Below, one piece after another: positions 25,541 to 40,100 of a stretch of 64,000 nucleotides of DNA. The stretch lies in IMG/VR virus record IMGVR_UViG_3300013382_000010; one strand, given 5' to 3'. This stretch comes from an uncultured virus (IMG/VR IMGVR_UViG_3300013382_000010) (taxonomy: Duplodnaviria > Heunggongvirae > Uroviricota > Caudoviricetes). The notes below the pieces were generated by a model. That model was not told the origin of the DNA and did no database searches. It saw only the letters and a program-made list of their open reading frames with translations. How positions within the stretch are numbered: the stretch's first letter is position 1; every line of letters starts with the position of its first letter. Made by a program: the position numbers and the translations under genes.

Positions 25541-27411
25541 ATATAAATTTTAAAAAGTTCTAGAATGGGGGTTCAATAGCCCCCTTTCTAGCCTCTTATA
25601 CACCAGTACAAGTAAATGCAACAGCAGCTGACCCTGCTTTATCTTTATTTGATAATACTGGCAATTCTACAGCAACTGCTGCTAAAAGTTCTGATAGTAT
25701 TGACATGAAAGATACTATGGAACTATTAAAAAGTATGAGAGGTTTAGATACTGATGTATCTTTAGTTAGCACTACCCTAGCTTAGTAGGCTAAAAGAGAT
25801 GCATTGTTTGGTACAGGAGATCCTGTATTACAATATTATAAGAATATAGATTTAATAAATAAAGTTATTGAATCTAAAGAAGAATATAAAGATGCTTACG
25901 ATCAGGCTAAAGCTCAAGGAGCTTTGTCTGAAGCTGCTATTTCATCTGACGGTAGGGTGGTAGTTAAAACTTAGAAAGGATATAATTTAGTTACTCCTAG
26001 ACAAGCCTTAGCCTTATAGGCACAAGGGGTAGCTGCTATATAGAAGAACTCAGATTTACTTAAAGCTCGTAGACACGACCCTTCTTTAGCTTTATAGAAT
26101 GAAGTGTTATCTATAGTTCAAAACAGTGTATCATTTACAACTGTTAAGAAGACTGTAGATTCTATTGTAAAATAGTTAGGCAAATCTACTGTTACACAAG
26201 AAGGCTATAGTGCTAGAGAAGGTAACTAGATTCAAGCCGGTATTGCAGCTATTAAAAATGCTGGAGTAGGCCCTATGGATGGAGTTTATAAGGTAACTTA
26301 TAAAAATGAAACTCAAGAAAAATAGGCTCAAATGGCTTTGGATGCTGTATATAGAAATCTAAATGATACTTAGAAAGCCTATCTATAGTTAAATTCTGGA
26401 GGTACTCCAGAAGGAGTTTATGGCCTGTTAAAAGAAATGATATTAAGCCAAACTTCTTCCTTGCAGGAAGTTAGGTCTAAATATCTTAAGCCTACTAATA
26501 CTTCAACTGGTAGTGGTTCTTCTAAAGGAAGTAGTGCTTAGAATTCTTTAGGAGATGTCAAGATGGATCCGGCTGTCCAATTTGCTTTAGGATATGGTAC
26601 TAAAGAGAAAGTACCTATTATGGGTAAGGGACAGGTAGGTATAGATGTTACTGCTAATTCTATTGCTATGTAGGATGCTCAAGGCAATCCTCAAGATATG
26701 CTTACTTTAGGACAATTAGTTAGTGGTCGTCTTGGAGGTATGTTTGTAAAACGAGCTTCTATGGACGGTGCTATGTTATCTCCAGATTCTCTTAACAAAG
26801 TTGTAGTAGATGGAGGTAGAGTTTATTCTACAGAATTACCAGTAGATAGGCAGGCTTTAGCTAAAGGTATTGTCAGACCAGACTTTGGATTACTTAACAA
26901 AATAGAACAAGCTAATAGCTAGTTAGGTAATCTTGGCAGAATACCACAAGATCAATTAACTCCTGCTTAGAAGACTTAGATTAATAAAGTATATCAACGT
27001 AATGGTATTGCAGCTAAATACGATGTAAATGGTAATCTTACTTCTGAGTATAGAAGATTTGCTGTAGTGAATGGTACTGCTACAGAAAGAGCTTTCCAAG
27101 GAGGGTAGCCTAACTTTACAATAGAAGCAGCTGAAGCTGATGATCAAGCTAGAAGTAATTATGTAGATAATATCAAACAACTTACTCAAAACAAAGACTT
27201 TAAGTTGGATAACGGTTGGTTCGGAACATTTGGTACTGAAAAAGTATATAAAGGTACTATCTTTATTCCTATGAGTAGTAATTTTGTAGATTACTATACA
27301 GGTAGTGGTATAAAGATGTCTGCCAATCAGTTTGACTAGATATAGCAACTTCAAAATCATAAAGATTAGTTATTAAGTAGGTATAATAATCCTGGTAATT
27401 TATCACAATGA
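25537..27411 (+). CDS. Putative cargo protein (624 aa)
   Basis: Begins MNINFKKF(TAG)NGGSIAPF; includes supplied fragment 26698; ATGA overlaps at both ends. Confidence 0.72.
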
Positions 27412-30400
27412 TTCAGTAGAAAGAAAATGATATGTTGCTCAATGTTCTTGAAAATCCGTCATTTAGTATTGCGGATTTTCAAGATATTGGGCTTGATGTA
27501 AATAATACTTCTTTACAATCTAAAGATGTATATAAGAACAGTCAACAGGTTACTAGCAATCCTGCTGTACAAGATAATAACGGAAACTTAGATACTGCTA
27601 AATTAGATGCAATTTATAATACAGCTACTGCAGTTTACAATACTATGGCTCAACAGGGTTACGATAAAACTCAAGATGTAAAGACATAGTATAGTAAATA
27701 TGATATATTTGCACCTGATGATTAGGTAGACTGGGCACCTCAGTTTAATATTAATACTCATGAAGTAAACCCTGATAGGACTACTTATTCTACAGTAAGG
27801 TTTGGTGAGCAAGGTGAGAGAACTAAAACTCCACAAGAAATAGCTCAATCTCAAAAAGTATATAATCCGGCTACAGGAGAATGGGAGGCATCTCCAGAAG
27901 AATCATTCTTTGGTAATTTTAAAGATGTAAGGGCCTTAGCTTAGTACGATGAAGATGTTGATATTAATGGTAAGACTAAAGGGCAGACAGGATTTGATGC
28001 TGATAATATAGCACATCATGCCGGAGAACTAAAGATAAATCCGGATACTGGTACATATTATTATGAAGACCTTAATGGTAGAAATATTAGTGGTAGATAG
28101 CTTTTACATATATCTGACGTTCTTACTAATGAAGACAGCCCAATAAATGCTATTGACTTCTTAGATAGCGATGATATTCATAAATCTGCTGTAGGTTCTT
28201 TTGTAAAGAATGCTGCTTTAGTAGGTAGTATGTTTTTACCTTATGTAGGACCAGTAGTTACTGGTGCTACTATAGTACAACAAGCTGCTTCTTTTGGAGC
28301 TACCTTAGGTAAGATACTTACTTCTTCTGACAATGCTGCTATGAATTATTTATAGGGTATGTCAGAAGCTACCAATTTCTCTAGAACTAGATCTGAATAT
28401 GCTTCATAGAATATGTGGTCTCTGGAGAATTTATTTGGAATGATTGGAGATACTGTAGCCCAACTTAAGCAGTAGAGAATGTTGTTTGAACAACTTCCTA
28501 AACTTGTGGGAATGGATGGTAGAGTTCTTTCTGCTAAAGGCTAGCAAGCTATGTAGGACGAACTTCTAGCTAAATACAATAAATCTGGAGTTTTGGATAA
28601 AGCCATTCAAGACAAGTTTAAAATGCCTATGAATGAGCTTTATAAAACCAATCCTGCAGAGTTCATGAATGCTACTGAGTAGGTAAGATTAATTAATAAT
28701 CTCAAAGCTGCATAGTCAATAGAGAATTATGTAAAGGATTATTATAATGTTGGTGGAGTTTTGTCTAAGGCTTATATGACAATGCTTACTGTTAATGACA
28801 CCTATCAAGAAGCTAAAAATGCCGGAGCATCCGATTCTTTAGCTGCACTTACTACTATGGGATATGCTGCTGCTGAGTATGCTTTATTAAGTACAGGATT
28901 AGGTGAATGGATTTTGCCAGAACTTAGAGCTTCTAGAATGTAGAACAAAGCTATTGTAAAAGCTCTAACTAAAGATACTGTATAGGCTTTCGAATAGGCT
29001 AATGCTAAAGCTGTAACTCCAGAACTCAAACGTAGTTTATGGGCCAAGACAATTAACTTTGGTAAAAAGCTATTTAATGCTGATTATGCAGTAGGTAGAT
29101 AGGGAACTTTGGGTAAAACTATTGCTTCTACTGCAGCTTCTGCCTTAGGTGAAGGTACTGAAGAAGTAAGTGAAGATGTACTTCAAGACTTTGTAAAGAG
29201 AACGTACAATTTCTATAATGAAATTAATGGCTCCTCTTCAAGAATGCATACCGAAAATTGGAAAGACCAATACTTAATGGATTTCTTGGGAGGTGCTTTA
29301 GGTGGTGGTATAGCTAATGTATCTATTAATTTTAAAACTAATAGAGAAGCTAGTAATATGACTACCGAAAAAGCTGCTCAACAACTTGTGTATATGAGTA
29401 GAAATAAAGAGCAGCTTAATGATTTCTATAAGGTATTGGATAAAACAGATATTGGCAATAAATATCTGTCTGCCACTAAAACTGTAACTGATTCTAATGG
29501 GAATGTTATAGGTTATGAACAAGGTACTAAAGACGATAATCAAGATAAGGCCATTAAAGATTTAGTACGTCAGAATTTGGATTTAATACAAACTACTTTA
29601 AGTGTTGATGGAGCAGATTTAGATGATAAATCTTTATTTGATGCTAATACTTTAAAAGATTTACGTTGGCAGTATCTATATAATAGTACTTCTACCGCAA
29701 ATCTTATACAATCATTTAATACTTTGGCTACTAGAGCTTTAAGAATTCATTCTGATATTGCAACTTTGAATCAGAAATTACCAGACCAAGAATATAAAAA
29801 AGATGACCCACAATACCAAGATATACAAAAAGCTATACAATCTAAACAGCAAGAACTTACAGATGTTTAGAATCAAATTAAAGATTTAAGAGAAGGTAAA
29901 AAGTCTGCCTTGTTTATGGCACAGGCTATACTTGAAACTACTCCTTATGTATTACAAGGATTTGATAAAGCTGCTACATTCCAAGGATTTGCTGAAACTA
30001 ATAGTGGAAAGAAATATGAAGATATTTCAGACGATGAATTAAATAGTTTAAAAACTAAATATCAAGATTATATTAATGGGCCTAAAAAAGAATATGTAGC
30101 ACAAGCTACTAATCAGTATTTATATGCTACAAGACTATTTAGTAATAAGTTACAAGAAGTTTCGGATACTTACACACGGTTAGTTGATGAAGGGTAGAAA
30201 GAGTTAACACAACTATCTGATACAGTTAACGCTCTAACCGAATTATAGAATTTATCATAGGAAGATCCCGATAAGTTTTTGGAAGTATCTTAGAAAGTCT
30301 AGGATCGTATTAAAAACTCTGTTGCTTTATCTAAAGAAGACTTAGATAGGTTAGATGCTTTAGCAAAAGCTAATGATAATTATAATGCTGAAGAGACTTC

Positions 30401-33400
30401 ATCTAATCCAAGCGAACAGGCTTTAAATCTTGGGGAAGAACCTTTATTTGGGGAGGAACCTTTATTTGGGGAAGAACAACCTTCAACATCTCCCGATACT
30501 TCTAAAACAGCTACTATAAGTGATGTTGATTCAGCCCTAACTAGCAAAATAACAGATACGGATACTATAGATAATTCTACTTATGCAGAAGCTGTTTAGC
30601 GCATTCTCAGCGATGCTTATAGTAGGAATTTAGAGGAAACTGTTAACAGATTAACTTCTATAGGTTCTATACCAGCAGATTTAAAATAGAATCTAGTTAA
30701 GGTTATATCTAAAACTAAAGATTTTATTGTCGGAAGACTCAGTAATCTTAGTTAGGATATGGCTTAGACTGGTAATTGGAATCTCAGCAATGAAGTTAAT
30801 AGTAAAAATAAAGAGTTTGTAGACAACTTGGATAAGTTGTAGAAAATTGTAGACAACTTATCCTATACTCCAGTAATGGATATTTTAGACAGTTATAACT
30901 CTGCTATAAATGGAAGTCCTATTAAAATATCAGAAGTATTTGAAAAATTAAAAGCTCTTGAGAGTTAGAGTAGTTCTGATGTATCCCAATTCTTACTAAA
31001 TGATGATTTATCTAAACAGCTGAATCAGGCATCTGTTATACTGGATTAGGTACAATCAATAGTTAGTGGTGCTAGAACTGATGATGCTGCTTTAACTATG
31101 GTTGATGAGAATACCCTATAGCCTAAAGATAATATTTGGGGTATTAATAAGACCTTAAATGATATAGCTAAAGCTAGTAAAGATGATTCTTGGAAAGATC
31201 TACCTGCTATTAGTGGATCTGTGGCTGATGCTATATATACTGATATACATTCCATTAAGGTAAGATTGGATTATTATAAAACTCTTTACGGAATAAATAG
31301 AGGATAGAAATTAAATTCTTAGAGTAGAATATCTGTTAATTCATCATATTTAAATTATAAGAGAGTTAAACAACTTTCTGATATAGTTCCAGACGATTGG
31401 GATAAGTCTGATTTAGACACCATATTGCCAACATTAGTTACATTAGAAGCTAATTATAATTCTGGTAATTTAAATCTTGATAAAGATACATAGATTAAAT
31501 TAAAGAAAGAATCCATATAGTTAGAAGATGCTATTTATGAATTTTTCTAGAAGAATAAAGATAAAGATTTCTCAGAACTGTTTAACGAGAAGTCTTATAA
31601 ACTTCTTACTGAAAAGTACACCTTGTTAAATGAATCTACTACAGATATTGATAGTAATTCATTTATGGGATGGTTGGCAGCAAAAGCTTCTATTAAAACT
31701 TCATCCTTCTTAAAAGGATTGTATGGAATTAATGATACTAAAATAGTTCCTCTAGATCCATAGATTTAGGCTATATAGTTAAGTGTAGCAAATATTATTA
31801 ATGGAAATACTATAAGTAAGTTTGTTCAGGCTGCTAAAGATGCAACAAGGAAATATATAGATAATTTATCCGTTTCTGAGAGATATGAGTATTTTAAATA
31901 GTTATATCCTAATAATACTACTGTAGCAGCAATATTATCTACTGAGAGAGGTAAACAATTATTCTATACATTCTCTTCTTTTGCTCCACAGTATTCTAAT
32001 ATAACTTTAGTAGAAGGACAAGCAGGAGCAGGAAAATCCTCAGCAGTACTTAAACTTACTTCAGAATTTATATAGAAATATTATCCAGATGCTCTAAAGA
32101 ATGCCTGGACAGCAAATACAAGTGAAGATACTGCTACTAAACTTAGAGATAACCTAGGAATTAAGGATGGTAAAGTGTTTAGTAGAGAATCTTTACTAAA
32201 AACCGTATTAACGGATTATACTACTCCAGATATTAATGCTGATGGTACTATAAATACTTCTAAAGATACCAAACCTAGGATAATTTTTGATGATAGTGGA
32301 TTACATCATAATTATACTCTAAATGATAATACTACGGAAGTTCCTAAAGTTATATTTATAGACGAAATAGGTAGATATACTTGGGATGAGGTAGATGCTT
32401 TAAATGATTGGGCTGCTAAAAATAATGTATCTATTATAACTGCAGGAGACTTGCATCAGTCTCAGACTGTTTATGACATAGCTTTAAAAAATATAAATGG
32501 ATGGTCTAATTATAAAAATGATATTTAGAATGAAATAGCTAGCAATAATTTAATACATCCTAAATCCAAAACTTTGGTAGATAGTATTAAAACTGATACT
32601 TCAGCTATTTTGTCTATACAAAGCAATGCTTTCCTACATACTCCAAAATTAGGATCTTCTCTCAGAACTGCAAACAGTCAGCAAGATGCAAATCAACAAG
32701 TTGTTGACAGTGTTCTTGATAACATAGATTCTTATAACAAAGAATTAACTTTACATTATTGGGAATCTGATACAGAACTTCGAGGAACCAAAGTAGTTGT
32801 CGATGATGTCAAGAGTGTTGAGGAATCCTTAATTAAGATGATTGCTAAATTAGGTAAAGATGAAAAGATTGGCTATGTATATAATGATACTAAATCAAAA
32901 TTATACCAATTAATTAATTCCACACCTAAATACAAGGATCATATTGAATTTTATAAAGGTAATTCAGCACAAGGATCTGAAGGAAGATATTGGATAATAG
33001 AACCTAATACCAAAGCATCTGAGTATCCTCTAATGTAGGACATATACACCAGTATTACTAGAGCTTAGGAAGGAAGTGTATTAGTATTTGCACATACTTA
33101 TGGAGGTCCTAATGTAAAACTTATATAGAGTGTACAAGATAAAGAATCACAAGTACTATCGTTCAGTGATTCTGATAAAGCTAGGTACACTAGACGTTAC
33201 TTAGACATAAGTAATGCTGCTTTACAATCTTTCACAGATACTGCTTTACCTAAATATCAAGAAAGAACGAATAATTCTTCAACTAATACTAAATCAACTT
33301 CAACTAAAGCTGGTGGAGTGGGTAATGGTAATGGTACTGGAACAAGTGGTCAAGGAACAACTGGTAATGGTGGAACACAAGGTGGAACACAAGGTGGAAG

Positions 33401-36400
33401 TACTTCTGCTCAAAACCCTGCTCCTGCCCCTACACCAAAACCAAGTAATCCTAAAGAATATGTTACTTCTATGGCTAATTATAAGGATAAATATGGAGTA
33501 GATTGGAAAGTTCTTTTAGATGGATTGGCCGAATATACAGCTGAAAAAGCAGCAAATGGGCATATTATCATTTCTTTCCCTAGTCCGATGTAGGTTTAGT
33601 GGGGAGTTATGATTGGTTCTTTAAATGGATTAGACATAGATCCCGTATCTAAAGAAACAACTGCTATAGGATTACGACATCCTAAAGATGATAAACCTTA
33701 TATTCCTTAGGATTCTGATTTTGATGCATTTTTAGCTCAATAGGTATAGAATTTAGGTATTCAACCTACTACTTAGCCAACTCCAGAACCAGAACCAACT
33801 CCAGAACCAGAACCATAGTCACAGCCGTAGCCCGCACCGCAACCTTCTTCTAAACCAAAAAAGAAACGGCCTATAACTTCTAAAGTAGAATGGAGTGAAT
33901 TAGACCCAAATGCTTATACTGTAGATACATCTTCAGAAGATACTAAAATTACATTTAACAATAGTGTAAAAATTTCTAAAGCATGGTCAAACTAGTATAT
34001 TAATGGAGGCAATTATTCAAAATTGTATAGTATTTCTATAACTCCAAGTAACTTAGTTAAAGCGACCTTTACAAAAGGCTCCAAATATACTACTAAATAT
34101 ACAGATGCTACTCTTGGCGATATTTCTAGTTTGGAACCTGAATTACAATCTTTTATAAATAATATATTAAATTCTAAACAATATCCTGCAGAATAGGGAC
34201 TATCTGATGATGATGCTCAAAAGCAGGAATTGCATAAAGCTGATTCTGAAGACAATAATATCTAGGAAATAATTGATTAGGCAGAAAATTAGTCAGTATC
34301 CGGAAATAACAGTGCTGTTCGAGATTTCTTCTTCATGGATTCTAGTAAAACTTTTGAAGTTGGTTGGGTTAAAGATAATTCTGGAATTTATAAACCATCT
34401 TCTTCAAATGAGAAGACGTATAATAGAATTGATGGATTCAATGGATTATTTAATGCTAATGGTACTTGGAAGAGTGTATATAAATTTAATGATAAAGGAA
34501 ATGATACTCTACAAAAGAGACAAGAAAAGGCTATTAAATTAATAGGACAGCTACGCCAATTCGCCTTTAATATCAATAATAAGTAGCAGTTAGTTAAGGT
34601 AATAGCTGACGCTCTTAAATTAGAAAAGAGTAATCCTTATGTTACATTTGCTATAAAATCTGGAGATGTGGTTTCTGTCGATGGAGACAGTAATGGACAT
34701 CATATAGCTCAGAAAAGCAACTTTAACAAATTCGATAAGGATTCTGAGGAAAAAACTCTATACAGCAATAATTCCGAAAAAGTATATAATCGTAACTTAG
34801 TTATGATTATAGGTAATGGTGGATAGGATGTATTAGAAATTCCATTACTTAAATTAAATTCTCCTCAAACTAAAATACAGAGTTTGGGCGATAATTTTAA
34901 GGAATTGTATATCAATACTTTAAACGCCTGTAATGGAGATGAGCGACAGGCTTTAATCAAAATAGCAGCAAATCCTCTTATAAGAGACCATTAGGATATA
35001 GTAGACTGGATTAAGATATATACTAATACCAACAATGTTAGGACTATATATTATTAGAATGATCCTGACTGGACATTAGGAAAATTCTCCAATCTTGGGC
35101 CTCAGTATAATGCTGACAGAGGACTAGGTTTTTATGATGCTAACTAGAGTTTACAACAAACTAGAGATTTAACACCTTTAGAATCTATACAACGCCCTGA
35201 TATAATAGTATCTGACGTACTTTCTTATATTAGTAATAGAGGTAAAACAGATGATGGTGTAACTTTAGTATCAAATCCTGGACACTTATTTGTATTATAT
35301 TCTTCAAATCCTAACTACAATACTACAGAAAAACTTGTAAATAGGTATGTACAATGGAAAACTTAGAAAGCAAAAGGTGAACCTTATATTCCAGATGTTC
35401 ATATTAAATATATATCTACTCCTAAAGTATCTATCGACAACTATTTGGACAGCATTGTTAATATTACTATTAAAGGGTAGAAAGGAGTACCTATTTTAGG
35501 TAATGACAAAACTTCTTACCTAGTATTGAAGAGTATTTTCTTAGACAAAGGAGGTAATCCAATAAATGATGCCGGAATTAAAAATTTAATTGAAAAAGGT
35601 TGGGGAACTAAGGCTGCAGATAGTGTATATAATTTCCTTCTTACTAAAATATAGGAACTAAACACACTTCCCCTACCGCAGTTAATGAAGCGACTAAATT
35701 AGGTTGAAGACTGGAGTAAACCGAACCTAAATTAGGTTGAAGACTAGAGTAAACCGAACGGACTTCCCGGAGGATTTGGTTATTCTGGAAAGAGTTTATC
35801 AACTTAGTTTATGTCAGTAATAAGACAGTTAATTGCTCCAGTAACAATAAAGGAAGATAGCTAGGGTAATTTCACAACAAAACCTGAAGTCAATACTGAT
35901 TGTAGAGAATTATTTGTTAACTTATTTGATAAATCAAAGCAACAGCTTTACTTCCAATCTAGACTTTAGAATTCACAAACTGCCAATGTAGGAAATACCT
36001 TATTTAAGAGAGTACAAACTGATCCTAATAATAGGTTTAGAATTAAATATGATGGAGGTATATAGAATTTAAAAACATAGTTTAATATATATGGAGATTT
36101 AGGTTCTAATGCATTTATTACAGACGATTCTTTTGGGGACTGGTTACATACTATTGCTGGTAGAATCGAACGGAGTAAGAAGGGAATAGAAAGTGATTTT
36201 GGAATATATATGGACGGACATTCTAATATTGCAAATTCCAAAAATACTGCTACACCTTCTTGGAATAGTTATTCTTAGAGTATATTGAATGTCTTAGACA
36301 GCAGCTTTAAAAAAGGAATTGTTCCAGATTCACCTAATAGTTCTCTCACTGATGCTTAGATTTGGTCTATTAAAGAGGAGTTACGTAAAGGTAATAAAGA

Positions 36401-37115
36401 TCTACTAATATTTACAAGTGGTAATAAAGCTACTCCTATAGTATTTGATACTGGAGGTCTCAATTTGTAGTTTATTTAGAATGGAGAACCTACTTATAGA
36501 CTACCTATAACTAGTAATGATTCAAACTTCGATGCTATAGATGGTATTACTAAAAAACACTATACAGTATATTTTAATTCAAGTACTGGTGAAATACGTA
36601 TAGTAGATCCTTCAAGCATTCAGAAAAAACCTGCTCCACAAACTACTCAGTAGAAACCTTCTTAGAAGAAATCTACTAAGGAATAGAAGCCGTAGCAGCA
36701 ACCTACTCAAGAATTCAACAAAGAATTTTTATTAAACGATAATACTTTATCGGCATATAAATTATTATTAGAGAATGTATTAGGTAATGTCGGAGGAAAA
36801 GTCAGAAGTTTTAAAGAATTTGTTAGTTCAGCTTCAAATAAGAGTGATATATCTGAATGGAATACTTGGTTATAGGACAAAGGAGGTATAAGAGCACTTT
36901 AGAGGTTTATTATAAATACTTTAACAGTTGCTAAAACCACTAATCCTGGATTAATTACTGAAGAAGATAAAACTACTAAATATAACTTGGATAATGTGTC
37001 TCTTGAAGGCGACTACAAGGAAAAAGATAAATCTTTAGCTAAACAAATTCTTTCAAGTATATTGGAATATGAGAACAAAAATATATCTTGTTCAATCGGA
37101 ACTGTTAAACATTAA
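27408..37115 (+). CDS. Giant virion-module protein with an SF1 helicase-like P-loop domain (~3235 aa)
   Basis: Fragments 27432, 28761, 29109, 29910, 32175, 32574, 33318 and 34335 share one frame. Motifs: LVEGQAGAGKSS (~32007-32042), VIFIDEIG, AGDLHQ, SAQGSE, YTSITRAQ. Confidence 0.78.
30430..30477 (+). repeat. 18-bp tandem repeat (GEEPLF), about 2.7 copies
   Basis: TTGGGGAAGAACCTTTAT TTGGGGAGGAACCTTTAT TTGGGGAAGAAC. Confidence 0.9.
35694..35759 (+). repeat. 33-bp tandem duplication
   Basis: CTAAATTAGGTTGAAGACT(G/A)GAGTAAACCGAAC twice, one mismatch. Confidence 0.95.
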
Positions 37116-37120
37116 GTAAT

Positions 37121-40100
37121 ATGAATATATGTAAATATTCACGTGATTCATTCCAAGAGGATTTCGAGAATAATCTCGAACCTCTTTGGAGTGATTCTCT
37201 TGTAATTAAAGATGCTGCCGGCAATGAGGTAGCCATAACAGATAATATAAGAAGAAATTATATAAATAGATTGATAGATTATTTAGGAGGTTCTTACAAT
37301 ATTAAAGGTAATTTTTCAGATGCAGTAGAAGCTATACAAGAATCTATGGAGAATTACCTCGATGAACCTCTCCAACTGCCTGAAGAAGATATAGAAGCAG
37401 CTTTAAATCGTCACAGCATTACTTCGAGAGACTAGTTAAATGAAGATAGTTCTTCAACTAAATTGGAAAAAGATGATGAAAGAACTGCTTATAAAAATTC
37501 ATTCAAGAATATTTATCTAACTAAATATTTTGGAAAATGTATTCCTGCATAGAATTACTGTACAAAACAGGCAATTAAAGCTATTGTAGACAGTTGTATT
37601 ATTTCTCCAGAATATGATGATTCTGGAAATATTATAGCCAGACATATAGTAGTCGATGACAAATAGTTAAATAGAAATATCAGAAATATTTAGGAACAGT
37701 TATATCAAAACATACTTAAATATTTAAGAACTAGATTTTCTAAGAATATTGAAAAGGTAAACAGTTTACCTCAATCCTTATATTCTCAAGATTAGTCTGT
37801 ATATACTGGAGGATTTGAGAGATTGAATGAAGAATTTGGAGATGTACTAAATCCAGATTCTTTTAACAGTTCTTATTTGGACAATTTGTTTGTAACCTAT
37901 AGTACAGCAGTTGGCCTTAGTAAATAGATTACTAAAACTGAAATAGATGGATATACCTCATGGGTAATGTTAACTAACTTTGATTCAGTACTTAGAGGAA
38001 ATTTGGGAAGTTCTATATTTATAAATAGTACATTACCTGCTTTTAACCCAGAATCTGCTACAGGAAATCTTGATAGAGTTAAATATTCTCTCACCAAGGC
38101 TAAAGCTTCAAACATGAATAAATCATGGAGAACTTCTGAGGATATAGATGTTTCTGACGAGATTAGTAACGTAGTACAAGTATTGATAAATAATATTCCA
38201 TTTAAAGGAAGTGATAGAAATATTAGGTTTAATGAATTTGGATATATTATAGGAAAATTAAAAGACTTATCTTATCATATAAATCCCACTGCTAATTAGG
38301 TAGAATTTAATGATGATTTATATGTGAAAGATATATTAAATGGTGAATATATTAAAATATCTGACAGAACTAGGAATCTAGTTGAAGGTGACACTTTCTT
38401 TAAAATATTAAATAGTATATAGACTTCTGCACAAGAGTATATTCCAGCAATATTTGAAATATTAAGCAATGACGACTTACGAGGAAAATTAAAAGAATTG
38501 ATTCAGGCAGATTACCAACTATCAGACTTTGATGTAAATCTAATTAAGTCACTTTATGATGGATTGTTTAATCCTGATAGTAAAACCTCATTACTATATG
38601 CTAATGATGTAAGTGGTTACGATGCATAGAATTATATGGGTTATATTACTCAGGCTTGTGATGGAATTTCAAATGCTAGATATATTCAATATTTTAGAGA
38701 CAGTGATGGAAATATTTATGCCCGAAATTTATATGACCAAACACTTGATGGTATCCAATCAGATATTGAAAATAATATATTAATATCTAATTCTAGAGAT
38801 ATTAAGCCTTTTGATTTTGAACATTTCCACGAATTTTCGGTTGAAACTAAAAAAGATGAAGATGGCAATGAATCGATAGTTTCTATAAGATTTAGAATTA
38901 ATGGTAACAAAGAGTATATAGTATATCCTAATAATAATAATGAAATAGTTACTAATGATGGAGTACGAACCTCTTTAGACAAAGCTGACTTTGATGATGT
39001 AAAGAATATCGTACAGGAAGTATTACATTAGAATTTTGACACTAACGATGAATATTATAAATCATTATTAATAGCATATAATTAGCAGGAAGGAACAGCT
39101 TTATAGGACTTGCTTACTCTTTCCGGAAATGCTGTATTAAATCTTTATATATCAAATAAACTATTAATAGATTCTGATAAGAATCCAATTTATAATACTA
39201 GAGAGATACATGATGTTTTAAAGAATATATATGGAGAAATATCTAGAGGTAAACTTACCTCAAAAGCACCTAAGTATAATAAAAGTTTAGGTTAGATATA
39301 TCTAACTTCTCAATACGACTATCCAATACTAAGTAAGTTAGCTTTAGCTAAAGCATTATATACTGGTAGAATAACCTCTTCACAAGTACGAGATGGTAGT
39401 GGTAATGCACTTCCAAGCACTTCACTATCCCGTCTTTTAGGAAATATTCTACAACAATATTACACTAAAGGACTTGCTGTGGATTCTGTTGTGAATAATG
39501 TAGCTCTATTCAAACCAGGAGTTTTACAAGGAGTATTTTAGGCTAAAGAGTTTAATAATAAATAGTAGAATACTTCTACAGCTCATACAGAATTTAATGC
39601 TGCTGAAATAGAATAGTCATAGTTATTTTATGATTTCTTACTAGGATTACAACCCAAAATAAATAGTAGAACTCCTATAGGTGATGGTAAAATAGGTATA
39701 TTACCTTCAGTCAATTCGGATAAATCTAATATAGGGAGAATTATTGTAGATTTAAATAGAATACTTATAAATGGTTAGTCCCTATATAAATGTTTGGTAG
39801 ACACCTTTGGTAATGTACGTGAAAATGCTGAGGAAGTATTAGATTAGTTTATCTATGATGAACTGGGAAACAATAATGGTGTATATACAAAAATTATTGC
39901 AAATATCAATGCAAAATGGGATAAAACCTAGTAGGCTATAAATGAATATCTTACTCAATTTAATAGTCCTTATAGTAATATTGCTGGAGAACGTACAGGC
40001 AGTATTATGGATAAATTGAATTAGGTTTATATTAAAAGTGACCGTACTATACAGAAACCCGCTGCTTTTCTTAATGATGTTACTCGTTGGTGGAATAATA

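Noticed and set aside
30430..35759. Short direct repeats as a possible CRISPR array
   Set aside because: They are in-frame tandem units without unique spacers, and there are no cas genes; the Cas4-like motif lies inside a giant virion-module protein.
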